The notes below the pieces were generated by a model. It had not been told where the DNA came from. It did not search any database and was given only the letters and a program-made list of their open reading frames with translations. A DNA stretch of 64,000 nucleotides from Pseudomonadota bacterium (GTDB lineage: Bacteria > Pseudomonadota > Alphaproteobacteria > Rhodobacterales > Rhodobacteraceae), in the NCBI GenBank assembly GCA_039192165.1, contig JBCCXD010000005.1, positions 110,727 through 174,726 of the forward strand, written 5' to 3'. The position numbers and the translations under genes are program-made. Shown piece after piece: positions 37,692-46,986 of this stretch. Within the stretch, counting starts at the first letter, position 1. Each line of letters starts with the position of its first letter.

Positions 37692-38606
37692 ATGATCATT
37701 TGCGCGGGCGAAGCCCTGATCGACATGCTGCCGCGCAAGGTCGGGGCCGATACAGCCTTCTTGCCCGTCGCGGGCGGCTCTGTGTTCAACACAGCCATCG
37801 CCTTGGGCAGACTGGGCGCAGACGTGGGAATGAGCACTGGCCTGTCTCGGGACCTTTTCGGTGAGATGCTGCTGAGTGGACTTGTTGCCAGCGGCGTCGA
37901 CGCAACCGAAGTTCTTTTCTTCGACCGACCCACCACACTGGCCTTTGTGACACTGGTAGATGGTCAAGCCCGCTACGCGTTCTATGACGAGAACACGGCC
38001 GGACGCATGCTGCTTCCTGACGATATGCCGGATCTTCCCGACGCCGCGCAAGCGCTGTTCGTGGGCGGCATCAGCCTTGCTGTGGAACCCTGCGCTGCTG
38101 CATACGAAGCGCTGGTCGCCCGGGCCGGCGATCGCGTAGTGATGCTCGACCCGAATGTACGGCCTGACTTTGTGGCCGATGAAGCTGTCTTCCGTGCACG
38201 GATGGATCGTCTGGTGGCGCGCGCCGATATCGTCAAGGTCTCCGACGAAGATCTCGAATGGATCACGGGAAGTCGGGACGTGCAGAGCGGCGCAACGGAC
38301 CTGCTCGTGCGCGGCGTGAAGGTCGTTCTGGTCACCGAAGGCGCAGACGGGGCGCGCGCCATAACAGGGCGCGGCGAGGTCAGAGTTCCTGGCCGCAAAG
38401 CTGAGGTGGTCGATACCGTAGGCGCCGGAGATACCTTCAACGCAGGCTTCCTGGCGGCTCTGGAAAGGGCCGCGCTTCTGTCGCGCGACGCGATTGCTGA
38501 TCTTAACGAGGCGCACTTGCGCGACGCCCTCGAACTCGGCGCGCAGGCCGCTGCGATTACCGTCAGTCGCGCAGGCGCAAACCCGCCCTGGGAAGATGAA
38601 CTGTGA
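37692..38606 (+). CDS. PfkB family carbohydrate kinase
   Basis: [28 protein letters not shown]. Confidence 0.93.
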   Translation: MIICAGEALIDMLPRKVGADTAFLPVAGGSVFNTAIALGRLGADVGMSTGLSRDLFGEMLLSGLVASGVDATEVLFFDRPTTLAFVTLVDGQARYAFYDENTAGRMLLPDDMPDLPDAAQALFVGGISLAVEPCAAAYEALVARAGDRVVMLDPNVRPDFVADEAVFRARMDRLVARADIVKVSDEDLEWITGSRDVQSGATDLLVRGVKVVLVTEGADGARAITGRGEVRVPGRKAEVVDTVGAGDTFNAGFLAALERAALLSRDAIADLNEAHLRDALELGAQAAAITVSRAGANPPWEDEL

Positions 38607-39049
38607 GGGCCCTGGTCCAGCGGGTCAGCAAAGCCAGTGTGGCGGTCAATGGTGAAATTGTAGGAGAAATCGGACCAGGTTTGCTGGTGCTGGTCTGCGC
38701 GATGGAGACCGACTCTGCGGATATCGTCCCCGCGCTTGCCGCGAAAGTCGCAAAGCTGCGGATCTTCAAAGATGAAGAAGGCAAAATGAACCGGTCGGTC
38801 CTCGACATTCAGGGCAGCGCCTTGGTGGTGAGCCAGTTTACTCTCGCTGCCGATACGCGCCGCGGCAATCGCCCAGGTTTTTCCAGCTCCGCCTCTCCAG
38901 GTGTTGCAGAAGCGCTTTATCGACAGTTTGCGACCGCTTTGAACGCATTAGGCGTGCCTGCTCAGACCGGGGTTTTTGCTGCCGACATGCAGGTCAGCCT
39001 TGTCAATGATGGCCCTGTCACGATCTGGCTGGACACAGATCGGAATTAA
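38603..39049 (+). CDS. dtd: D-aminoacyl-tRNA deacylase
   Basis: [22 protein letters not shown]. Confidence 0.96.
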   Translation: MRALVQRVSKASVAVNGEIVGEIGPGLLVLVCAMETDSADIVPALAAKVAKLRIFKDEEGKMNRSVLDIQGSALVVSQFTLAADTRRGNRPGFSSSASPGVAEALYRQFATALNALGVPAQTGVFAADMQVSLVNDGPVTIWLDTDRN

Positions 39050-39179
39050 TCTGTTTTCAAAAGCGGCTTTGTGCGGAAATTTGCCTCTGAAGGCGGTGAA
39101 ATCGGGCGCAATTGAGGCGTTAACTTGGCTTCAAGTAGTCAGGCTGTTTAAGTGGCGATGGCTGAAGAAGGACACCGCT

Positions 39180-40025
39180 TTGCCCGATCTCGGACTTTCC
39201 CAACTGTTGACTGGCGTACAGGATTTTGTTTTCGCCTCAGCGGTCGTGACCGCTGGTCTCGGCGGTTCGGGACTGTCCGAGATCGCTGCAGACGGCGACG
39301 TTCTCCCACGTGAAGGCGCGGCATTCGAACGCATTTTTCTGTCTGCCGATATAGAACCGGAATTCACTGGGGAGAAGCGTTCGCAAAGGGTGGAAGCAAA
39401 AGAAAGCTCCGCCAGCGATGACGCGAATTTTGCGGGCCAGACGCTCTGGTATTCCTTTTCAGTTTTTCTTGAGCCGAACAGTGTATTGCCGGCCCCGGCC
39501 GCGAACGGAAAACATGCGAAACTGTCTGTCGCACAGTTCCATCAACGCGACGCCGAAGGTCGATCCGACAAGCCAGCCTTGATGTTTTATGTCCAGCCGA
39601 ATGGCGATCTGGTCGCGCAGTTCGAAAAAGCCGTTGGCAAGCGTGCCTATACGCTGGTGGACGGCGGAAAATTAGGCAACGACGCGCTGGGGCAATGGAT
39701 CGACGTGATCGTGGGTGCCAAATGGGGCCATGAGGATGCCTGGACCGAGTTCTGGGTGCGCAAGGGCAGCGCTCCAGACTATACACCGATTGCACGAGAC
39801 TATGGGCCAAACACGTCCACCGGCCATCTGTTCTTCAAGTATGGGCTTTATCGCTCATTCGTTGAACGGGATGCACGGCTTTCCGGCACAGACGGGCTGG
39901 CTTATTTCGACGCTGTTCGCCGCGCCACGAGTTTCGAAGCCGTGCGTCTGCCTCCCCCTTCTGACTATGCGTACCGCGCACCCAGTGAACACCCCCTCGA
40001 CATGCGTGTGGCTGAGCTGCGCTAG
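39180..40025 (+). CDS. Polysaccharide-lyase-like beta-sandwich protein (heparin lyase I / PF14099-like)
   Basis: LWYSFSVFL, VAQFHQ, WIDVIVGAKW, FKYGLYR pattern; start uncertain (TTG 39180). Confidence 0.6.
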   Translation: MPDLGLSQLLTGVQDFVFASAVVTAGLGGSGLSEIAADGDVLPREGAAFERIFLSADIEPEFTGEKRSQRVEAKESSASDDANFAGQTLWYSFSVFLEPNSVLPAPAANGKHAKLSVAQFHQRDAEGRSDKPALMFYVQPNGDLVAQFEKAVGKRAYTLVDGGKLGNDALGQWIDVIVGAKWGHEDAWTEFWVRKGSAPDYTPIARDYGPNTSTGHLFFKYGLYRSFVERDARLSGTDGLAYFDAVRRATSFEAVRLPPPSDYAYRAPSEHPLDMRVAELR

Positions 40026-40143
40026 AACGTCTATGCGGCCTCCAGGGGATCACCACTCTGTTGGTACACCTCGCCTGAGGCGATACACGGAAAAAACCTC
40101 ATGCGCCCGGCCCATCTCGCAAGGGCCGGACACACTGTGAGCC

Positions 40144-41409
40144 CTAGCCGAACATGTCTGACGTTATGCCGGCATACCAACCAAGGCTTTCCTCATATGT
40201 CGCTTTTCGCAAGGCAGCGTCCTCTCCGGTTTCTGAAATGAACCCAGAAGTTCTGGCGATCTTTTCCTCGGTCGCCTCATATGACGCACCGACTTTCACG
40301 CCGTCGTCGGTCTCGATCAGCGACCAGCAGGTGTTGGAGAATTTCGCCGGGAAAACACGCGATCCTGTCAACGCCCCGCGCACAGCCATAGCCGCAACCT
40401 TGGCTTGGCTGTTGGCGGAGTAGCCGGATTTTGGCATATCACCCTGCTGGCTCGCATCGCCCAGAACGTGAATGTTCTCGTCCATGCGGCTTTGCATCGT
40501 TGCTGGTACCACAGGCGCCCAGCCCGCCTCATTTGTAATGCCGGCGAGCTCGGCTATGCGGCCGGCTTTTTGACCTGGAATCACATTGCAGACATCGACC
40601 TTCTCGACCTCGCCATCGATAACGACCTCCATCGCATCCGGGCGTAACTCAATGATATCGCCGCCAAAATCGGGGCCAACGCGTTCGATCATACCGCCAT
40701 AGTGGTTGTTCCACCCTTCTTCAAAAAGCCCTTGCTTGGAGAATTTCTCCTTAGGATCGACGATCAGAATTTTCGCAGTCGGATTTGTGTTCTTGAGTGT
40801 GTGCGCAACCATCGAAACCCGCTCATATGGGCCCGGTGGACAGCGATACGGGTTAGGAGGAGCAACCATGCAATAGGTACCGCCTTCGGGCATCGCTTCG
40901 ATCTGAGACTTGAGCAGCTGTGCTTGTGTGCCGCCTTTGTAGGCGTGAGGCATCGCATCCTGATCGGCCAGTGTCCATCCCGGCACGGTGTCTTCCCTGA
41001 AGTCGATACCCGGGCTAAGGATCAGGCGGTCATACGGCAGCAAACCGCCCCCCGCCAGGGCAACTGACTTCGCGTCGCGGTCCACGCCAATCGCCCAGTC
41101 ATGGACAACGTTGATGCCATACTCGGCGGCAAGTTTGCCGTAGCCATGCCCGAGATCGTCGTAGCTCTTGAAGCCGCCAAGATAGAGGTTCGAAAAGAAA
41201 CAGGTGTAATAGGTGCGCGTGGGCTCTACCAGGGTCACATCAATGGCGCCCTGGCTGTCTTTGGCAATGTAGCGTGCAGCAGTTGCGCCGCCTGCCCCGC
41301 CACCGATCACAACCACCCGTGGCCTGCCTTGGGCGCCCAGCATCGGCGCAGCAAGCGTTGCGGATACGGCCAGTGTGGTCCCGAGAAATCCTCGGCGTGA
41401 AAGTGTCAT
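40144..41409 (-). CDS. soxF: Flavocytochrome c sulfide dehydrogenase flavoprotein subunit
   Basis: Tat signal SRRGFL; VVIGGGAGGA; PYRCPPGPYER; MPKSGYSANSQAK; NTCWS. Confidence 0.92.
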   Translation of the reverse strand: MTLSRRGFLGTTLAVSATLAAPMLGAQGRPRVVVIGGGAGGATAARYIAKDSQGAIDVTLVEPTRTYYTCFFSNLYLGGFKSYDDLGHGYGKLAAEYGINVVHDWAIGVDRDAKSVALAGGGLLPYDRLILSPGIDFREDTVPGWTLADQDAMPHAYKGGTQAQLLKSQIEAMPEGGTYCMVAPPNPYRCPPGPYERVSMVAHTLKNTNPTAKILIVDPKEKFSKQGLFEEGWNNHYGGMIERVGPDFGGDIIELRPDAMEVVIDGEVEKVDVCNVIPGQKAGRIAELAGITNEAGWAPVVPATMQSRMDENIHVLGDASQQGDMPKSGYSANSQAKVAAMAVRGALTGSRVFPAKFSNTCWSLIETDDGVKVGASYEATEEKIARTSGFISETGEDAALRKATYEESLGWYAGITSDMFG

Positions 41410-41449
41410 AATCAATTTCTCCCCTATTGCGTTCCGTCCGACTCAGATG

Positions 41450-42223
41450 TCAGTCGGGCTCTTTAAAGTATGCGGCCAAGGCCGCGATTTCTTCGTCGCC
41501 AAGCCGGCCAGCGATCATTTGCATGACCGGGTTCGGCCGGATTCCTTGTTTGTACGAGTGCAACGCGATAACAAACTCTTCTTCGGGCCAATTGGTAATT
41601 GAAGGTATGCCCTGATAGGATCCGTCCGCCTGATGGCAGGTTATGCACTCAGCAGACAAATATGCCCCGTACTCCCGGTCCCCGGGTATGGCCAGAATTT
41701 CTGGTGCGAGTTCGGGTAGACTATGGCTTGCGGTGCGCTGTGCGCCCAAAAGAGGTTTCGGCGAAGCTGAGCGGGCTTGCATGACTACCAGAACACCCGC
41801 TTGGTCCGGCAGAAGAGTCGATGCCCGATAGTCCACCCGCGTATAAGACGGAAGACGGTCCAAGACACGAGGAGCCGCGTTGCTTGTTTCGAATTTCAAG
41901 GCGAGCGTTTCATCAGCACGGTGTTTTTTCTCGTCTGAGTAAAGCAGCTCTTTAACGGTGCCCTTTGGTTGAGAAAAAATATCATCAAGTCGCTGCGTCG
42001 GATCGGTTTCCGAGCAATATCCGCCGGGTTGGCAGAACTTGAATTGGACCAGCATTTGCGCGCCGCGTTCTGCAGCATCCGCCCAACCGCCGAATTGAAG
42101 GGAGCACAGTCCGAGGGCGACCAAAAAATCAAAAAATCTGCGGTCTCTTCCCTTGTCTGGGATCATTTTGAGCCAAGGTCTACGCAATAAGTGCATCAAG
42201 CTCCTCGTCCTTGCACACTCCAT
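41450..42223 (-). CDS. soxE: SoxE-like cytochrome c with a single intact CxxCH (C-terminal domain)
   Basis: PELAPEILAIPGDREYGAYLSAECITCHQ...GIPSITNWP...PVMQMIAGRL; position upstream of soxF; start uncertain. Confidence 0.75.
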   Translation of the reverse strand: MECARTRSLMHLLRRPWLKMIPDKGRDRRFFDFLVALGLCSLQFGGWADAAERGAQMLVQFKFCQPGGYCSETDPTQRLDDIFSQPKGTVKELLYSDEKKHRADETLALKFETSNAAPRVLDRLPSYTRVDYRASTLLPDQAGVLVVMQARSASPKPLLGAQRTASHSLPELAPEILAIPGDREYGAYLSAECITCHQADGSYQGIPSITNWPEEEFVIALHSYKQGIRPNPVMQMIAGRLGDEEIAALAAYFKEPD

Positions 42224-42403
42224 TAAAGAACACTTTGGAGTGCGGGATAAAGCCCTAAGGATTAGCGACGAGAAAAAGAAAGGGCCTGGCCCTGTGAGCG
42301 GACCCGAATTGTAGCTGTCTATCAGGGTACGGACGCACTTGATCTCAGCCGCCCCTTTTTTCGAATGATCACGGTTTTCGCTGAGCCGAAGGCAGCTCTG
42401 TCC

Positions 42404-42733
42404 CTAGGAGAGTGCTATGGACTTGGATGCGGTGTACACAGAACCGTCGTCGTCGTACCAGGTAAACACGAACTCGCCCGCGCTTGGGATCTTTGCGTCA
42501 AACTGAAAGTACGGGTTCGCGGAGATGCCCGGCTCCATCGCTACATCGATGACGCTCTCGCCATTAAACTCCGCAGTGAAGCGGTTGATAATCGAACGGG
42601 GGATCAACTTTCCGTCTTTGTCTCTGCGCTGTCCTGACTCCATTCTGTGGCTGATCAGGGTCTTGATCGTAACAGTCTCACCAGCGGAGGCAGACTTTGG
42701 AAGTTTAACACGGGGTTTCACATCTTGAGCCAT
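42404..42733 (-). CDS. soxZ: Thiosulfate oxidation carrier protein SoxZ
   Basis: TLISHRMESGQRRD, PRSIINRF, ISANPYFQF. Confidence 0.95.
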   Translation of the reverse strand: MAQDVKPRVKLPKSASAGETVTIKTLISHRMESGQRRDKDGKLIPRSIINRFTAEFNGESVIDVAMEPGISANPYFQFDAKIPSAGEFVFTWYDDDGSVYTASKSIALS

Positions 42734-42753
42734 TTTCTGGACCTCCTCTTCAG

Positions 42754-43170
42754 TCAGCTGCCGCAGCCGCCGACGGTCACTGTCACACTGTGACTGTCGC
42801 GAACGAATGAGCCGTCCGACATTTTCGCCACGGCCACAACGGTCTGCGAACCTGCAAGGCGGATCCGAGTTGAGGCAGCCTGCTCACCCGCCAACGCCCC
42901 GAAAGAAAACCTCGCAACCGGAGGCACAGGATTTCCAAGGGCCAGGACCATAATCTCGGTGGCGCCGGGCGCATTCACACTGATTGGAACCGCGTTTCCG
43001 TTCTCAGCAATTTCAGGGATGGTAAGCGTCACTCCCCCAGTACCGACATCCGCGCCGCCCGTGAAAGCCTCAAGCGCACTCTCTGCGGTCGCAAATCCCG
43101 TGGATGGCAAAGCCAAGACCAATGCAGTACCAGCGCCAATAGCCAGGGTATCTCGTCTCGTTAGGGTCAT
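42754..43170 (-). CDS. soxY: Thiosulfate oxidation carrier protein SoxY
   Basis: Tat signal TRRDTL; PEIAENGNAVP, STRIRL, C-terminal VTVGGCGS; AGGAGG RBS before ATG 43170. Confidence 0.93.
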   Translation of the reverse strand: MTLTRRDTLAIGAGTALVLALPSTGFATAESALEAFTGGADVGTGGVTLTIPEIAENGNAVPISVNAPGATEIMVLALGNPVPPVARFSFGALAGEQAASTRIRLAGSQTVVAVAKMSDGSFVRDSHSVTVTVGGCGS

Positions 43171-43189
43171 CCTGTAGCTCCTCCTGTAG

Positions 43190-43470
43190 AGAACTCCGCT
43201 TGGATTGCTCGCTCGTGCTCGTCTGTCCGCTGACGATGCACCTAATCTCAGCATCTTGCCAACACCGATGCAACTCAGGGCGTTGCGGCTTTGCCAGTAT
43301 GTACGCCACTTGGGTGAACCCAGCGCGTCCGTCGAGTTACTGCTGCCGCCGTAGTGCCTATAGACATGTCGTATATGTTCGCAACTGCCTACAAAACAAC
43401 ATCTGGGATCGAAAAAACGTGCTTCCTGAAGAAACGGGGGTGAGTTTAGCCCCGATATGTCGACAGGCAC
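43190..43470 (-). pseudogene. soxX: Probable decayed soxX remnant
   Basis: In the usual soxX position; one frame reads stop-AVANIYDMSIGT...HPSGVHTGKAATP-stop, colinear with remembered SoxX IVANAKMMFEGT...RPGNAYTGKAA; internal stops, no CxxCH. Confidence 0.45.
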
Positions 43471-43533
43471 CAGCTCTAAGGGTCGAAAGGTCCTCTTACT
43501 TTAAGCGTACCCGCCAAAGGAAGAGATCGAAGG

Positions 43534-44574
43534 TCAGGGCGCCAGAAGAAGGTCGGAAGAAAGCTCACCCCCGGGCCCAGGCACAAAGGAATGCTGTGCA
43601 CGCCCACTTCGCTTGGAAACATAGGTGGCCTCATCGGCATCCGAGAGGAGCTTATCAACCTCAGGGGGGTCATAGAACGAAGACAGTGTAATGCCAATGC
43701 TGGCGGAAATACGCGCGGTCTCCCCTTCGAAGTCAATTGGTTCTTCGAGTTTTCCAATAATCCGTTCAGCGATGCGTCCCAGCAGTCCCTTGTCGTCGCA
43801 GTCTCGGATCAGCAAAACAAACTCATCCCCACCAACGCGGCAGACAACGTCATCCCCGCGTGTCTCCGTGCGCAAAACATCTGCGACTTTCAAAAGAACT
43901 GCGTCGCCGGCGGCGTGGCCAAGCGTATCATTGACCGCTTTGAAGTGATCAAGATCGAGATGCATAACACCAAAGCCGACACGACCCGGGGCAGCAACCA
44001 GGTCCTCGAGCGCGGCGTCCATAGCGCGTCGGTTGTTCAATCCGGTCAAGGTGTCGGTCAAGGCCCGACGTTCAGCTTCACGTTTGGCCTGCTGGAGCTT
44101 TTCATTCAGTGAGCGCGACTCCGCCATTACAGCGGCATTTGCTTCGATCAGATAGAGCATTTCGACCGCGAGGTCCGAGGCCGCGAAGTCTCCTATATCA
44201 AGCTTAAAGCGCCGAACAGCTTCCTGCACGGAAATACCGAACGATAGGTTCAAAAATGCGCCACTCCCAGAAGGCAATGCAGTAGCCACGCCCTTCAGCG
44301 ACAAACCAGGCACATCCCGCAAGACGACCTTGATTTGCACCGAGTTCAGGTTCAGAACCTCCTCGATCGAACACAGTTCTCGCGGTCGGCGAAACTCCAG
44401 AACCTCAAACAGGAGCTGCCCTTCAACCCGACTTTGATCGGTGATCCGCCGAAGTGCGCGCCCCACATGGAGGATATGCCCTGTTGCACCCATCCAGAGA
44501 TGCATGGGCATCAGGTCGTCTAGGATGTTGGCCGGCAAGTTGAGAAAGCTTGTGTCGTTGCTACTTGGCGTCAT
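43534..44574 (-). CDS. Diguanylate cyclase with N-terminal HNOBA-like PAS region
   Basis: TDTLTGLNNRR, DLDHFKAVND, RGDD I-site, VGGDEF. Confidence 0.92.
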   Translation of the reverse strand: MTPSSNDTSFLNLPANILDDLMPMHLWMGATGHILHVGRALRRITDQSRVEGQLLFEVLEFRRPRELCSIEEVLNLNSVQIKVVLRDVPGLSLKGVATALPSGSGAFLNLSFGISVQEAVRRFKLDIGDFAASDLAVEMLYLIEANAAVMAESRSLNEKLQQAKREAERRALTDTLTGLNNRRAMDAALEDLVAAPGRVGFGVMHLDLDHFKAVNDTLGHAAGDAVLLKVADVLRTETRGDDVVCRVGGDEFVLLIRDCDDKGLLGRIAERIIGKLEEPIDFEGETARISASIGITLSSFYDPPEVDKLLSDADEATYVSKRSGRAQHSFVPGPGGELSSDLLLAP

Positions 44575-45155
44575 GCAGGAGCTCCCAGATCAAACTCCCG
44601 TCCTTCCGAAAACGCACGGTCAAGAACGGCGATCTCTATGGTTGGGTGACCATTCCCATCCTCTGCCACCTCAGTAAATGCCAATGCTCCATAGTCATCT
44701 GCCATGGCGCGCAGAATGCCCGAAATAACAAAGATCCCGTCTTTGCGATGCCATTCATAGGCAATTTGATATCGCTTTTCGGCTAGAGGTTTGAGTTCAA
44801 GCGCCGGAACATCGAGACCTGGAACCGCCAAGCGGGCGCGCCCCCTGAGATCTTCCAGCGCGTTCAGAAAATCCGAAAAACTGGCCCCACAGAACCGCAG
44901 CAAACGGCGCAGCGCCGGCCTCTCCGGATGGGAAATGATGTACGTGCCCATATCTTCGAGGATGGTCGCGCTGGGTTTGTCGAGCTCCTGGCATGCCGCT
45001 TCCAGTGTCTGGTCGAAGACCTTCTCAGGATAGTAGAGCATGGTTTCGAATTGTGCATCCGGTACTCCGGCCTGTTCGGCAATACGCAACCAAACCTCGC
45101 CACCATATGTGTCTTCCAGGAAGCGCTGTATCGACTTGGTAATCAGCCCATGCAT
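44571..45155 (-). CDS. H-NOX (heme NO-binding) family protein
   Basis: MHGLITKSIQRFLEDTYG N-terminus typical of H-NOX; stop overlaps the GGDEF start. Confidence 0.85.
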   Translation of the reverse strand: MHGLITKSIQRFLEDTYGGEVWLRIAEQAGVPDAQFETMLYYPEKVFDQTLEAACQELDKPSATILEDMGTYIISHPERPALRRLLRFCGASFSDFLNALEDLRGRARLAVPGLDVPALELKPLAEKRYQIAYEWHRKDGIFVISGILRAMADDYGALAFTEVAEDGNGHPTIEIAVLDRAFSEGREFDLGAPA

Positions 45156-45210
45156 GTCGGTCTCTCCATAGGGCGACCCTAAGCGGGAGAGTGTTAACAA
45201 AGCTCCAATT

Positions 45211-46929
45211 CTAGCGCGGCAAAGCAATGAACTCCGTGTCGCCTACCTTCAGAGCAGGCACACTGGGCGGGGCGATCTGATAGTCTTCGTTCAAAAGTTG
45301 CTCAAGCACGAGTTGCGGGTCTTCAGACGTGCTCACCGCAAGGGATCGAATGGCCAGATCGCCTCGCGGTTCGCGCACCACAAGATATCCCTGAACTTCA
45401 CCATAAGTCGTCCAGAGGACAACGCGCACTTCAGGCTCCACAATTTCTCCGTCTTGCGCAGAGACCACAGCCACGCAACGCCCGACACCTTGCCGGCACG
45501 TGGCCAGCCAGTCTTCCAGGTAGCGCTCAGGCAGTTCGTCAAAGAACCCTTCAGGCAGTTCGGCGAGTTCCGGGCGCCGCGGCAGAAGACGTGCGAGCGC
45601 TGCGCGTTTTTCAGCTGCGGTTTCCACGCCATCGGCCGTCCCTGTAAGACCGTCCTGCAAACCGTCGATCATGCGGGCTAGCTCGGGACTGGCGCCCGTC
45701 TCGAGCTCCGTTAAAGCCGCGCGCCCAGCGACACCCCATCGGTTCGCCATCTCAAAAAGCGGAAGATTCTCTGCCTCTATCTGGCCAGCCTTATACCGCG
45801 AAACTTGGTCTGCCGAGGATATTCGTTGAGCGTCGAGCACTGGTGTCAGGCTGACTGCGCAAAGCAGAAGTATGCCTATCCCAATCCAGACATTGGACCG
45901 CCTCAAGCGCTCATCCCAAGCACCCAAAAAACTGACGCCGCCTGCGTAGCCCACTGCATAGGCCATCGATAAAAAACAGATCATTGCTGCCGAGATGCGA
46001 TCAGGTGTCCATCCGTAGGCCGCTACACGCTGCCAGATTGCGAAAGCTGCAAGAAATGCCAATACAGGCATAAGGATGCTCGCAAGCCGCATCGTCACCA
46101 GAAGCAACTGACTGGGACGCGGATCGCCGAATTCGGAATCCAGCCCAGCGCTGATAAGCGTGGCCAGCACCAGGGTCATAGCCATCAACGTCGCTGCAAC
46201 TGACAGACCGGCAAATGCCTCGTCGAGCCCCTGCAGAGGCACCCGCGCTACGAAAACAAGTACCACCGCCGTCACCGGCACGAGAAGAAGCTGCAAGAGC
46301 CGCATCAGGAGCAGGGGAGATAAATAGTGTCGCTGTTCGTAAAGGACTGAAAGCGCCAATCCGACAACCAGGCCAGTTACACCGTAGCCAAATGCGGACT
46401 GGTCGAGAAGTATCTCAAGGAGATCGACCCCGACCAGCGACAGCAGCAGGTTTGACATCATATAGACGCCCCAGAAGACACCAACAAAAAGCCCTGCTGC
46501 AACGGCGCGAATGACAATGCGCCAGGCTTCATTGAACAGGACGACATAGTCCGTCGGCGCGCGCCGCTGCAGAGCGACCAGATAGGGCAAAGACAAAACC
46601 ACAAGCACAAAAAAGGCGGCAAAAGGCTGTGGAGTATTGCTCATTTCGGACAGAGTGGTGAACCGCATGCTGGCCCAGAGCAACAATGCCGGCGCAAGAA
46701 GGCCCGGACCCAAAGCCCAGAGAAAAGCGCGTGGCATTGGCATAGGGCCCGACAGCAGCAGCGCAGGCAGAAAATAGGCAATTGCGCCGGCAAACAGCCA
46801 GAGCTCAAGCCGTGGACTGCCGAGTGAATTCAGTACAAATTCCGTGAGCGCCCAGAGCGCAAGCCCGGCCGAGACGCCGGCCAGCGCCATGGCCGCGCGG
46901 AACCCTGTTTGATCGTGGCTTGGCTCCAT
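45211..46929 (-). CDS. DUF4153-type polytopic membrane protein
   Basis: Many TM helices; WQRVAAYGWTPDR, QRISSADQVSR pattern. Confidence 0.7.
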   Translation of the reverse strand: MEPSHDQTGFRAAMALAGVSAGLALWALTEFVLNSLGSPRLELWLFAGAIAYFLPALLLSGPMPMPRAFLWALGPGLLAPALLLWASMRFTTLSEMSNTPQPFAAFFVLVVLSLPYLVALQRRAPTDYVVLFNEAWRIVIRAVAAGLFVGVFWGVYMMSNLLLSLVGVDLLEILLDQSAFGYGVTGLVVGLALSVLYEQRHYLSPLLLMRLLQLLLVPVTAVVLVFVARVPLQGLDEAFAGLSVAATLMAMTLVLATLISAGLDSEFGDPRPSQLLLVTMRLASILMPVLAFLAAFAIWQRVAAYGWTPDRISAAMICFLSMAYAVGYAGGVSFLGAWDERLRRSNVWIGIGILLLCAVSLTPVLDAQRISSADQVSRYKAGQIEAENLPLFEMANRWGVAGRAALTELETGASPELARMIDGLQDGLTGTADGVETAAEKRAALARLLPRRPELAELPEGFFDELPERYLEDWLATCRQGVGRCVAVVSAQDGEIVEPEVRVVLWTTYGEVQGYLVVREPRGDLAIRSLAVSTSEDPQLVLEQLLNEDYQIAPPSVPALKVGDTEFIALPR

Positions 46930-46986
46930 GCCCGAAAGTGTTACCCCGCACACACCTTAGGGAAAAGCGATCTTGCACATTTGCCG

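Noticed and set aside
36621-38516. 631 aa antisense ORF
   Set aside because: Shadow frame opposite two well-supported genes; no recognisable motifs; expected in high-GC DNA
43171-43470. 100 aa N-terminal extension of SoxY in the ORF track
   Set aside because: Tat signal and AGGAGG RBS place the start at 43170; upstream DNA is better explained as a soxX remnant
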